Assembly (NCBI GenBank): GCA_963705975.1
Contig: CAVPMI010000001.1
Span: 101,765-165,764 of the forward strand
Direction of reading: 5' to 3'
Source of the DNA: an uncultured Pseudomonadota bacterium
GTDB lineage: Bacteria; Pseudomonadota; Gammaproteobacteria; Methylococcales; Methylomonadaceae
Length of the DNA stretch: 64,000 bases
Both the position numbers and the translations under genes were made by a program. This document shows positions 1-9,613 of this stretch, piece after piece. The notes under the pieces were generated by a model, which did not search any database, was not told where the DNA came from, and saw only the letters and a program-made list of their open reading frames with translations. Positions within the stretch are counted from its first letter, which is position 1. Each line of letters begins with the position of its first letter.

Positions 1-862
1 CTACTTTGACGCCTGATGCAAAAAAAACAACCCAGTCTTGCCATTTTTCTTGCAGTTGCACATTTGCCAAGGCATTATAGTAATCTTTCTGATTTGATTT
101 TAAGAAACCAGCTAAATAAATAGGTGGATAATCTTCTTTTGCAAGCATTAGTGGTAATAATAACCGCCCAACTCGACCATTTCCATCAATAAATGGATGA
201 ATAGTCTCAAATTGAGCATGCGCAATTGCCATTCGCAATACAATCGATATCACCCCATAATATTCTTCACTAGGTTCATATTGGAGAAATGATTCAAGAT
301 CGTTCATACAGTCCGGAACTTTAGAGGTTGGAGGCGGTACAAATCGTGCGTCATAGATTTTGAATCCACCGATCCAATTTTGTTTTTTTCTAAATTCCCC
401 TGGCGTTCCTTTGAAATCTTTCACGCCATCCATAAGATGTGAATGTAATTCCAAGATCAATTCATTAGTCAATGCATTGCCGCTACGAATTTTTTTAAGG
501 CCATGATCGAGCGCTTTGACGTAATTAAGCGTTACTAAAACATCTTTTGGTAATCCTTCGTCACTGCCGGTTGATTCATATGTTAACAAGTCGTTGACAT
601 CAGAATAAGTTCCCTCAATTTGACTGCTTAGCACAGCTTCACGCCTGTCCAATGTCCGCATCACAATATCGGGCTTTGGAAGCTGCTTGGTTAACATTTT
701 TAGCTCGCTAAGCGCTTCATGAGCATGAATTATTTCGTTATGAATGCCTGTCAACGATATCGTTCGTGGTGTTGGCGGCGGTATAAGTGCAAAAGCTCCG
801 GAATAATCCTCAATTGGAACAAGCAGTTTCTGTCTTGATGCGCAAAGATCGGACTTTTTCAT
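1..862 (-). CDS. Fic/DOC family protein with N-terminal inhibitory helix; 3' end runs off the window
   Basis: Own translation of the minus strand from ATG at 860-862. It contains ...LDRREAVLSSQIEGT... (S-x-x-x-E-G inhibitory motif) and ...IAHAQFETIHPFIDGNGRVGRLLLPLML... (canonical HxFx[D/E]GNGRxxR Fic motif). Absent from the ORF track because the frame is open at position 1. An AAGGA Shine-Dalgarno lies 7 nt upstream of the ATG. Confidence 0.85.
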   Translation of the reverse strand, partial: MKKSDLCASRQKLLVPIEDYSGAFALIPPPTPRTISLTGIHNEIIHAHEALSELKMLTKQLPKPDIVMRTLDRREAVLSSQIEGTYSDVNDLLTYESTGSDEGLPKDVLVTLNYVKALDHGLKKIRSGNALTNELILELHSHLMDGVKDFKGTPGEFRKKQNWIGGFKIYDARFVPPPTSKVPDCMNDLESFLQYEPSEEYYGVISIVLRMAIAHAQFETIHPFIDGNGRVGRLLLPLMLAKEDYPPIYLAGFLKSNQKDYYNALANVQLQEKWQDWVVFFASGVKV

Positions 863-865
863 GAT

Positions 866-938
866 GTTATCCTTTAATAACAAACTTCGTTATTAAAGGA
901 TAACACGTTATTATTTAATAACGAAGTTTGTTATTAAA
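866..938. promoter_or_regulatory. Paired palindromic elements overlapping the Fic ribosome-binding site (candidate operator or translational hairpin)
   Basis: GTTATCCTTTAATAAC (866-881) and GTTATTAAAGGATAAC (889-904) are perfect 16-bp inverted repeats around AAACTTC. A second copy, TTTAATAAC-GAAGTTT-GTTATTAAA (914-938), has the 7-nt centre flipped to its reverse complement. Confidence 0.4.
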
Positions 939-1244
939 GGTTATATTTTTTCCTGATTTACCCATAAGCCTCAAATAGGGTCTACCCAATATTGCAAGAA
1001 AAAACTCGTTTGTAACAAAAAAATATTGCTCCCAGATGCATCATCATCCGTACGCGAGCCAAACAGGTAGATACGTCCCCGGGGCAGTCTCTTTCAGTGC
1101 TCAGTAGGTCCTCCCATATTCTCGATCTGAAAGTCTCATTAATTCGTAATCACATAGCTTAGCCCTACATAGTTACGATTTGGGGCAGATTTTTTTACGC
1201 ACTCTATACTATTGTAGTCGTCTTGATCATTATTTAGCATAAAA

Positions 1245-3350
1245 ATGAAACTTCTCGCCGCAATCAGTATTAAAACCAAATTATCAGTTGTTATTTTCAT
1301 GGTCATACTCGGCTTTCTTGCCGTCATTGGCTATGCATTATTTGCCGAAAAAACCTTGTTGCTTGAAGATCGGCAAGTGAAGACCCGGCACTTGGTCGAA
1401 GCCGCTTATAGTGTTTTAAGCTATCAACACGATTTGCAAAGTACAGGTGTGCTGACGGAGGAACAAGCCAAGGCGGCGGCTATTAGTCTGCTTAAGGCCT
1501 TGCGTTACGAAAAAAAAGAATATTTTTGGCTAAATGATATGACGCCGAGAATTGTGATGCATCCCACAAAACCGGAACTTGACGGGCAAGACGTCTCTGA
1601 ACTGAAAGATCCAAACGGTAAGAGAGTTTTCGTGGCGTTTGCCGAAACCGCAAAAAAAGACGGCGCTGGTTTCGTTTCTTATATGTGGCCGAAACCCGGT
1701 TCCGCAACACCTGTATCCAAAATATCCTATGTCATGCATTTCGAGCCTTGGGGTTGGGTGGTTGGATCAGGTATCTATATCGATGATATAAATACTATTT
1801 TTTGGGATTCCACGCAACGGATGCTGGGGGTTGTCGGCGTACTTATGCTGATTTTGTTAGTTTTGTTAAGGATAATCGTCCGCAGTATTACCCAGCCGTT
1901 GCATGAGGCGGTTGATGCGGCTAATAAAATGGCGCTTGGAGACTTGTCGTTTACCTTAAGCACCACGGCAAATGATGAAACGGGTTTGTTGATCTTGGCG
2001 ATGCATAAGACACAACAGAGCGTGCAAGCGCTGATTAGTGATGCCGACATGTTAGTCAGAATGGCAGTAGAAGGGCGCTTGTCTGTGCGTGCCGATGCAA
2101 GTAAGCATCAAGGTGATTTTAAGGAAATTATTCAGGGCGTAAACAATATTCTGGATGCAGTGGTTGGACCGCTGAATGTGGCGGCTAATTATGTGAATGA
2201 CATTGCAAAGGGCAATATCCCTGCAAAAATCACCGAGGACTATAATGGCGATTTTAATATTATTCGCAACAACTTAAACACCTGTATCGATGCGGTGAAT
2301 GCATTGGTAGCTGATGCAGATAAGCTGTCGCATGCGGCGGTAGAGGGGCGCTTGGATGTCCGTGCTGATGTCGCTAAACATCAGGGCGATTTTCGGAAAA
2401 TCGTCCAAGGGGTTAATAGTACGCTGGATGCGATTGTCGGGCCGGTTAATGAGGTCGTGCGTGTACTGGAGGCTTTGTCGAAGGGCGACCTGACTGAAAC
2501 CATTATCGAGGATTACCAGGGTACATTCGGCACTCTCAAAGATGATGCTAATGCGACTGTTGCGCAGTTGACTGAGCTCATTAAGCGTATCAAAAAAACC
2601 GCCGATTCCGTCAAAACCGCTGCTGGTGAAATTGCTCTCGGTAATTCTAACCTGTCTCAGCGTACCGAGAGCCAAGCTGCCAGTCTGGAAGAAACGGCGG
2701 CAAGCATGCAAGAGCTTACCGCGACTTTGAAACACAACGCCGATAACGCCATGCAGGCGAATGAATTAGCTGTAGGCGCTTCAGACATTGCTAGGAACGG
2801 CGGCGAGGTAGTGGACAAAGTGGTACAAACTATGTTGTCAATCAGTGAAAGTTCGAAAAAAATTGTGGACATTATCGGCGTGATCGACGCCATCGCTTTT
2901 CAGACTAATATCCTGGCCTTGAATGCGGCCGTGGAAGCCGCTCGAGCGGGTGACCAAGGACGCGGCTTTGCCGTGGTGGCTTCTGAAGTGCGTAACTTAG
3001 CCCAACGTTCCGCTGCAGCGGCCAATGAAATAAAGATGTTGATCAACGACTCCGTGAATAAAGTTAACATAGGCGCAGACCTCGCAGACCAGGCTGGCAA
3101 GACAATGGACAAGATGGTCGACTCGGTAGGGCGTGTAACCGAGTTTATGGCGAAAATCAGTGCGGCGTCTATTGAGCAGAGTTACGGTATTGAACAAGTC
3201 AATCTGGCTATCAACCAGATGGATGGAGTGACGCAACAGAATGCAGCCTTGGTGGAAGAAGCGACTGCCGCAGCAAAATCGCTTGATGCGCAGGCGCAAC
3301 AGCTAACCAGTCTGCTGGAAACCTTTCAATTTTCCGGTTCGGAAAGCTAG
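1245..3350 (+). CDS. Methyl-accepting chemotaxis protein (periplasmic Cache-like sensor, tandem HAMP-like linker repeats)
   Basis: 701-aa ORF with an N-terminal TM, a periplasmic region and a second TM. Highly conserved MCP signalling hairpin ...AFQTNILALNAAVEAARAGDQGRGFAVVASEVRNLAQRSA.... Internal ~90-aa duplication (VEGRLSVRADASKHQGDF... twice). Confidence 0.9.
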   Translation: MKLLAAISIKTKLSVVIFMVILGFLAVIGYALFAEKTLLLEDRQVKTRHLVEAAYSVLSYQHDLQSTGVLTEEQAKAAAISLLKALRYEKKEYFWLNDMTPRIVMHPTKPELDGQDVSELKDPNGKRVFVAFAETAKKDGAGFVSYMWPKPGSATPVSKISYVMHFEPWGWVVGSGIYIDDINTIFWDSTQRMLGVVGVLMLILLVLLRIIVRSITQPLHEAVDAANKMALGDLSFTLSTTANDETGLLILAMHKTQQSVQALISDADMLVRMAVEGRLSVRADASKHQGDFKEIIQGVNNILDAVVGPLNVAANYVNDIAKGNIPAKITEDYNGDFNIIRNNLNTCIDAVNALVADADKLSHAAVEGRLDVRADVAKHQGDFRKIVQGVNSTLDAIVGPVNEVVRVLEALSKGDLTETIIEDYQGTFGTLKDDANATVAQLTELIKRIKKTADSVKTAAGEIALGNSNLSQRTESQAASLEETAASMQELTATLKHNADNAMQANELAVGASDIARNGGEVVDKVVQTMLSISESSKKIVDIIGVIDAIAFQTNILALNAAVEAARAGDQGRGFAVVASEVRNLAQRSAAAANEIKMLINDSVNKVNIGADLADQAGKTMDKMVDSVGRVTEFMAKISAASIEQSYGIEQVNLAINQMDGVTQQNAALVEEATAAAKSLDAQAQQLTSLLETFQFSGSES

Positions 3351-3532
3351 TCTCAGCCTGTAATCGGTGCTTAGCTGATTGAGGATTTGAAGTTGCGAAA
3401 TAACTTTGGTAACTATTCACAGTATTCATCAGTAGGCCGGAAAAACCTGTTTTTGCTGACGCGTAAACAGACTTATTCCAGCCAACGGCGAGACTACCCA
3501 GACTGAGATAAATAGTTGCAAAAAATCCAAAC

Positions 3533-3573
3533 ATAAAAAAACCGCCTCGTCCAGTTACGAACGAGGCGGTTTT
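3533..3573. terminator. Bidirectional rho-independent terminator between convergent MCP and porin genes
   Basis: A-run, then CCGCCTCGT (3542-3550), an 10-nt loop, ACGAGGCGG (3561-3569) and TTTT. Confidence 0.6.
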
Positions 3574-3658
3574 AGAGGCATTTAGGGTGGGTAAAAATAG
3601 TGCGCTCACCTTAAAGAGGAACGCCGAAATCATCAACTGTTCCTATACATTATCTGTT

Positions 3659-5416
3659 TTATTTTTGCAAAGGATAGTAACGGAAAGAGAACATCATCAT
3701 GTTGTCATCGGTATGTGGTGCGAGACCACCCTGTCCGCTGAAGGCATTACGTTGTGTATAGGAATACTGCAAACCGGCTTTAACTGTTCCAGCGTTGCCG
3801 TCATAGAGTCTAGCCCAGAAACCAGGGGTAATCTGCCATACGGCTTGAGTTTGGGCTTGGCAAGAAGTGGCGATCGAGTTTGCGGCATTGTTAATAGTGT
3901 TGCAACCGCTGTTGCTCAGATTGGAAGAGCCATAGCCATAAAGCGCTTGATTTGCTTGAGTTGCGTTGGTCGTCGGAATATTCTGATTATATCGATTGAT
4001 CATTTCTCCGCCGAGATAGGTAAAGATATCCAAGTTCGTAGTAGGATGGCCGACTATGCCCAATAATCCGGTGAATTCCGTCAGAGGCACCATAGCTCCA
4101 TTGGCCGAAAAAGCTGCATCTGGCAAAAGAGCCGCACTATAGCGTCCCAGACCGCTACCGGCCATGAAGTTAACTTGGATATCGAGCAGTTTCGGCACCA
4201 CAGGCAGGATGGCTGCGACACCGCCGCCGGCGCTTTCCACTGTATGATTGGATAGAACGTTGGTGGTTGGGTTGGTTATAGTGCTGTGGAAGAATCGGGT
4301 GATACCAAACATTTCATAGTGACCCCAGCCTGGGTCGAAAGCAACTTTGGCAATAATATCCGGCGCTATATCAGTCGAATATTGAGTAGTATTAAGTGAT
4401 CCGCCGCCGCCGTTGGTGGCGGTAACATTGCCGGCAGGCAGAACACCGGCTGCAGTTGTACCTGGCACAGAAACTCCGCCAAAATTGACCTGTGGACTTT
4501 CCAGCGATAGACCAGCCCAGACCTTATGGTCGAAAAAGTCTTCAACAAAACGAATTTGCGCATTTCGTGTGAAATTGAAACCGGGAACGTAAGCACCGTC
4601 TATGGTCAACGGAATATTTTCACCTCGGGCATTAATGCCGACTTTGTTGGTAGTCAATAAACTCCAGGCTTGACCGGCTGTAAAGTGGAAACCCCAGTCC
4701 GTTTTGTCCACCGTGGCATAGCCTAGGCGTAGCCGAGGCGAATAACCGCTGGTTGAGACGGAGTTGGCAGATGCGCCGGCGGCCAGAAAGTCCATTTCCA
4801 GATAGCTGGCCAGTTTGGTGTTTTTGTCGTAATCGCCGCCCAGTAACATCGAAACGCGTGATTGCTGCGCCGTTTCCCGAAATTCGGATTGGTGTGCGTT
4901 TACGCTATTATTGAAAGGTATGCCGGTATTAAAGTTTGAATTGACGGACTGGGTTTCGTTTTTTGAGCGATACATGGACTCTGCGGCAATGAAACCACCG
5001 AAGGTAGCTGTAACGCCTGGCAGGATTTCTTTACCTACGCGTGGCGGCTCCGATGCACCACCTTCTGTGGTGCCGCCTTTGCCACGGATAATGCCATCGC
5101 TGCCCATTATCGCGGTTGGCGTGGCAACAATGGCTTGGGCTGGTGCCGGCGCTGGAGTTTGACTGACCAAGCCTTTATATTGATCCTGGCTAATCGCGCC
5201 GTTTTGTTTCAGTACATCCAGCAGAGAACTGCTGCTTTCCGTGGTGTCGGTTTTTATCAGCGCGTCGTATTGCTTTTGGTTAATCGCGCCATTCGACAGC
5301 AGCATATCCAGTAGGGCTTTGTCGGCTGCAAAAGCGGTGTCGGCAAATAGCATGGTTGAAAGCACAGAGGCTTTCAGTATATTGCGGGTGACCTTGTTCA
5401 AAGGATTCCGGCTCAT
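3659..5416 (-). CDS. Putative outer-membrane beta-barrel porin with N-terminal periplasmic helical repeats
   Basis: ORF 3659..5464. The preferred start is MSRNPLNKV at 5416 (GGAG 7 nt upstream). Signal peptide ...STMLFADTAFA. Two LLDxLxxNGAIxQxQYxxL repeats, then a long Gly/Asn/Thr-rich stretch with alternating hydrophobic pattern typical of barrels. The family assignment is not certain. Confidence 0.6.
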   Translation of the reverse strand: MSRNPLNKVTRNILKASVLSTMLFADTAFAADKALLDMLLSNGAINQKQYDALIKTDTTESSSSLLDVLKQNGAISQDQYKGLVSQTPAPAPAQAIVATPTAIMGSDGIIRGKGGTTEGGASEPPRVGKEILPGVTATFGGFIAAESMYRSKNETQSVNSNFNTGIPFNNSVNAHQSEFRETAQQSRVSMLLGGDYDKNTKLASYLEMDFLAAGASANSVSTSGYSPRLRLGYATVDKTDWGFHFTAGQAWSLLTTNKVGINARGENIPLTIDGAYVPGFNFTRNAQIRFVEDFFDHKVWAGLSLESPQVNFGGVSVPGTTAAGVLPAGNVTATNGGGGSLNTTQYSTDIAPDIIAKVAFDPGWGHYEMFGITRFFHSTITNPTTNVLSNHTVESAGGGVAAILPVVPKLLDIQVNFMAGSGLGRYSAALLPDAAFSANGAMVPLTEFTGLLGIVGHPTTNLDIFTYLGGEMINRYNQNIPTTNATQANQALYGYGSSNLSNSGCNTINNAANSIATSCQAQTQAVWQITPGFWARLYDGNAGTVKAGLQYSYTQRNAFSGQGGLAPHTDDNMMMFSFRYYPLQK

Positions 5417-6018
5417 GGATAAATCTCCGTTATGGGTAAAATGGTTGTAGCAATTGAGCCACAATTGTGGCGCGTATGTAACTGGTATTTTATTATGGCT
5501 AGGAAATATGACAGAACTATTACATTCTTATGGCAAAAGGTAAAACTGTGGATTATTTAACATCTTTAAACTAAAAAGCCCATTTTAAGCTAAACATCAT
5601 GCGTTGGTTTAAAAAATGGTCAATATCCTGTAATATTATGGTGATATTAAAAATAGTGATTAAAAGTTAATGACTTAGGAACGTAGCGTTGGACAGTTTC
5701 TGTCTAACGACGTTATTTGTAATCATTGGCAACCTGCGCATCAAGTATTGTTGAATATGCCCAAAATGCAAATCGAAAGTTGCAATAGGCCGAAAATTGT
5801 TGGAATAAACCAACAGGCCTGGTTTATTTCAACCGGAATTTTGGTTTTTGCGAGGGTATTTTCTTAATCCGCAGCTGATTATTTATGCGGCATTTTCATC
5901 AAAAGCCGGAAACCCCATAAGAACTATTAGGTTTATTTATCAAGTATGCGTAATTGCAACTCAGGGTGGTTGTTGTTTGTGATTATGGTGCTAGTGGCTT
6001 AAGTAAGCTTATAGCGAA

Positions 6019-7335
6019 TTAGTCTGAATTGCCGCGCTTAAGCGCGGTTAAAAAATAAGGGCCGATGAGGGTCTGAAGCATAGCCTCCAACTGATTGGCG
6101 TCCAAACCTTTGGTTTCTTGATATAGCCGAGAGGCTAGTTTGGTAAAAATCTGCAACAGTTTGGGATCGAAATGCTTGCCGCCACCGGTTTCCAGTTTGG
6201 CGATAGCCTCTGTTAGTGACCAGGATTCCTTATAAGGACGTTTGGAGGTTAGCGCATCGAAAACATCCACGATTGCGAATATACGGGCGTTGATCGGGAT
6301 TTCTTCCGCCAACAAGCCTTTGGGATAACCGCTGCCATCGTATTTTTCATGATGAAATTCCACTACGTCCCTTGCGCCGCTTAACCAACTGGATTTCTGC
6401 ACGATGTTCACGCCGAGGGTTACATGGGTTTTCATGATCTCGAACTCCTCTGGAGTCAGTTTTTCCGGTTTCAGTAAAATCGGATCGCGAATCCCGATTT
6501 TACCGACATCATGTAAAAATGCGCCTGCGATCAGGCTGCGCAGATTTTCAGCGCTTAGCGCAATAGCTTCGCCCAACCTAAGTGCGTAATAAGTGACTCG
6601 GTAATTATGGCTATTTGTGTCTGAATCGCGCTCGGCGATGGCGCAACCCAAGACATTCAGCAGTTCTAAATTACCCTGTAACAATTCGTCGGACAGTGTA
6701 ACAACTCCGCGAATCAGGGTCACTACGATAGGATACATTAGCAGCGTCGTAAAGGAAATTCCCATTGTGACGAAAATCAGTGTCCGCAGTATGTTGGATT
6801 TGATAGAAGCGAAGGTTTCCTTGTCGACTTGATAAACGCCCTCTAAATAGCCGATAGGTATTTCTGCGCCGCCACTTTTCAAAGGCACAAAAATAACTAG
6901 CCACAAATGGCGATCAATGATGTGCATCTCATGCGTGAAGCCATCTGCCGTGGGAAATTGATGCCGGTATTCAGCTAATCGTTGTTCAGGGAATTCATCT
7001 CTTTTACGGACAGCTTCGAACTTTAGCTCTTTATTACGGTCATAAAGCTCGACCATTAAGAAATGTTGACGGACCAATTGTTCCGTCAGTTGGGTTAATT
7101 GTGCAGAGGATTGCGCGTTGATTTGCTCAAGACTTTCAGCAGACTCCCCGCTTAACAGGGTTGCTTCTTTTAATGCTAGATGGTGAACGTAATTTTCGAC
7201 TTGGTTAATTTCCAGCCACAAAATACTACTGCCTAGTGTGGTGCTCATGAATAGCCACCCTAACAACAACCGGATCAGGATTTTTCGGTAAATCAGACGG
7301 CTGGTGGGAAATTGGTGAGAGGATATGGTTTTCAT
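6019..7335 (-). CDS. HD-GYP domain c-di-GMP phosphodiesterase with two-TM periplasmic sensor
   Basis: 438 aa. Motifs AFLHDVGKIGI (HD) and HHEKYDGSGYPKGL (GYP). Confidence 0.85.
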   Translation of the reverse strand: MKTISSHQFPTSRLIYRKILIRLLLGWLFMSTTLGSSILWLEINQVENYVHHLALKEATLLSGESAESLEQINAQSSAQLTQLTEQLVRQHFLMVELYDRNKELKFEAVRKRDEFPEQRLAEYRHQFPTADGFTHEMHIIDRHLWLVIFVPLKSGGAEIPIGYLEGVYQVDKETFASIKSNILRTLIFVTMGISFTTLLMYPIVVTLIRGVVTLSDELLQGNLELLNVLGCAIAERDSDTNSHNYRVTYYALRLGEAIALSAENLRSLIAGAFLHDVGKIGIRDPILLKPEKLTPEEFEIMKTHVTLGVNIVQKSSWLSGARDVVEFHHEKYDGSGYPKGLLAEEIPINARIFAIVDVFDALTSKRPYKESWSLTEAIAKLETGGGKHFDPKLLQIFTKLASRLYQETKGLDANQLEAMLQTLIGPYFLTALKRGNSD

Positions 7336-7509
7336 TTAAGCCTCAATTCGCGATGAAATTTACTAAAATCTATAGTTAAATTTCGGTGAATAGAATTTTC
7401 GTTTAGCGAAATATTTTATTATATTGAATAGAAATAACTGTATAAGTCAATAAGAGAAAATACTACAAGATGACTTGTCCTCATTTATTGGAAATCTCAG
7501 GAGAATCTC

Positions 7510-7815
7510 ATGAAAGTTAACATTAAAGCAATTTTTGTAACCTTAATTTTAATGACAGCTGGTATTTCTACATCTGTCTATGCTGAACCAAATTTGACAA
7601 TACAAGATGAAGCGGCGGCCAATCCTAATTTAACCAATGCTATCCATGCAATGGATGATGCTCTAAAATACTTAGAATCGACGCCGAATGAATTTGGTGG
7701 GAATAAAGCCAAAGCGATAGCAGACTTAAGATCGGCAATAGGCTCTACTAGAAAGGCACTAGATTACCATCTGCAAAAAGACGAAGATCACTACGATGGT
7801 TCAATGATGCAATAA
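7510..7815 (+). CDS. Small secreted hypothetical protein
   Basis: 101-aa ORF with GGAG upstream and signal peptide MKVNIKAIFVTLILMTAGISTSVYA. No family recognised. Confidence 0.5.
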   Translation: MKVNIKAIFVTLILMTAGISTSVYAEPNLTIQDEAAANPNLTNAIHAMDDALKYLESTPNEFGGNKAKAIADLRSAIGSTRKALDYHLQKDEDHYDGSMMQ

Positions 7816-7837
7816 TCGATGATTTGTTTGGGCAATG

Positions 7838-7953
7838 AGGTAAGTAAGCGTTCAGTACCTCTTTTTGAAAACGAGGGGTTAGGGTAGGTTTTTTAAATAA
7901 ATCCCTCTCGATCTCTCTTTTTCAAATGGGGAAGTGAACGCTTACTGAGGTAA
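7838..7953. repeat. ~115-bp imperfect palindromic (MITE/REP-like) element
   Basis: GTAAGCGTTCAGTACCTCTTTTTGAAAACGAGGGG on the left matches the reverse complement of CCCTCTCGATCTCTCTTTTTCAAATGGGGAAGTGAACGCTTAC on the right, with a few mismatches and indels. Confidence 0.4.
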
Positions 7954-8067
7954 TGCTATCTCTTTTGCTTGCGGGATTGCTAAAGATAACTACTGGTTTT
8001 TCCTTCAAGAGGACCCATTTGCCAGAGCATCAGCGAGTTTGCTTTTTATGAAGCATGGGCTCACCCG

Positions 8068-9613
8068 CTACTTCTGCAAATCAAATGAGTTTAACAATCT
8101 GGCAAAGACTGCGATTATCGTCGGTTCCGGCTGACGAAGGGACGGAAAAGATTGGTAACGCTCCCAACCTCCGCCCAACGACTTATAGAGTCCGATAAAC
8201 TGCTCGGCAGCGCTCTGTTGCGTCATTACATATTGCGCTTCCAAATCATATTCTTGTTTCTGTGCGTCGATGACATTGAGAGAGTCCGTCAAACCGCGAT
8301 TGAATCGCTGTGTTGCCAGCATGACTGCTCTCTGGCTTGCCTCCAGTGCGTTGCCCAATTTTGAAAGTCTGTCCTGTTGCGCTTTATAGGCGCCAAGGGA
8401 CGTATCGACCTCGCGCACTGCGTTGAGGACGGTTTTCTTGTATTGGACAAGCGATTTCCTTGGCGCGAAGGTCAGCCTTGTCGACTAGGGCATCAAGCGT
8501 TCCAAAATCCAGAATTGACCAGCTGACAGACGGGCCGAGCGACCAGATAAAGCTAGCGGGATGAGCTGAGCCAATGACTTGTCCGCCCTGCAGGCCTGCA
8601 CCGCCGATCAAGAATACATGCGGAAACAGATCGGCTTCGGCTATGCCGATTGCCGCCGTGGCTGCCGCCGCTTTACTTTCCGCTTCCTGAATATCAGGGC
8701 GACGGCGCAAGAGATCGAGCGGCAATCCGGTTTGAATATTATCCGGCAAGGATGGCAGCATACGGGGCTGGTTGAGTTCCTTGAGCATATCTTCGGGGAA
8801 TTTCCCCAAAAGTGTTGCAATGACATATTGCGCGGCGTGGATTTGGGCAACGAGCGGCGCTTTCTCGGCTTCAAACGAGGCAAGCTGCCGTTCCGCTAAG
8901 GTTACATCCAGCCCGTTGGTGATACCACGATTGTAGCGTTCCTGCGTCAGTTTGACGTAATCGTTGATATTATCAATGTTCTTTTGCAGGACTGCCACCC
9001 GCATTTGTCCGGCGCGCATATCGACATAGGCGCGGGCAACATTGGCAATCACCGAAATCAGCACAGTGTTACGGGCTGCGATAGTTGCTTGTGTATCATA
9101 CTCTGACGCTTCCAACTTGCGACGATATTTGCCGAACAGGTCCAGCTCATAAGCGGTATCAAAGCCCGCGATACTATTAATTTGGCTAAAGCCACTGCCG
9201 TTGTTTCCGGCCCGTAAGGGACCGGCGGCGCGGCCTTTGGTCATATCGCTGCCGTTTCCGGTAGCGGTGGCTGCACTCAGGTCGACGGCCGGCAAAGCGC
9301 CGCCGAGGACGACTTCTTCCTGCGTCCGCGCCTCCTGAACGCGGTCGAGTGCGATTTCAAGATCGGGGTTGTTGGCAATAGCCTGATCGATAAGCGCGTT
9401 AAGTTCAGGGTCTTTGAGCGATTTCCACCAGATCATCGCATCAATTAAGGGCTGATCAGGCTTTTGTGCATCCTTTTGTGACGCCGCAAAATTATCCGGC
9501 ACCGGCATATTAACAGGATGATAATCCGGCCCGATAGCGCAACCGGCAAGGCAGCAGCATGAAAGCGCCCCGGACAGGCTTATGAATTTGCTTTTACTTT
9601 TGGGCATGGGCAT
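8068..9613 (-). pseudogene. RND efflux outer-membrane factor lipoprotein (NodT family), interrupted by a frameshift near 8449
   Basis: ORF 8384..9640 carries a lipobox (LSCCCLAGC) and an OMF-like body, then ends in the out-of-frame tail ...ADLRAKEIACPIQENRPQRS.... Shifting frame at about 8449 gives ...EIA-(L)-VQYKKTVLNAVREVDTSLGAYK..., which continues into ORF 8068..8418. The likely start is ATG 9613, overlapping the adaptor gene stop. Confidence 0.8.
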
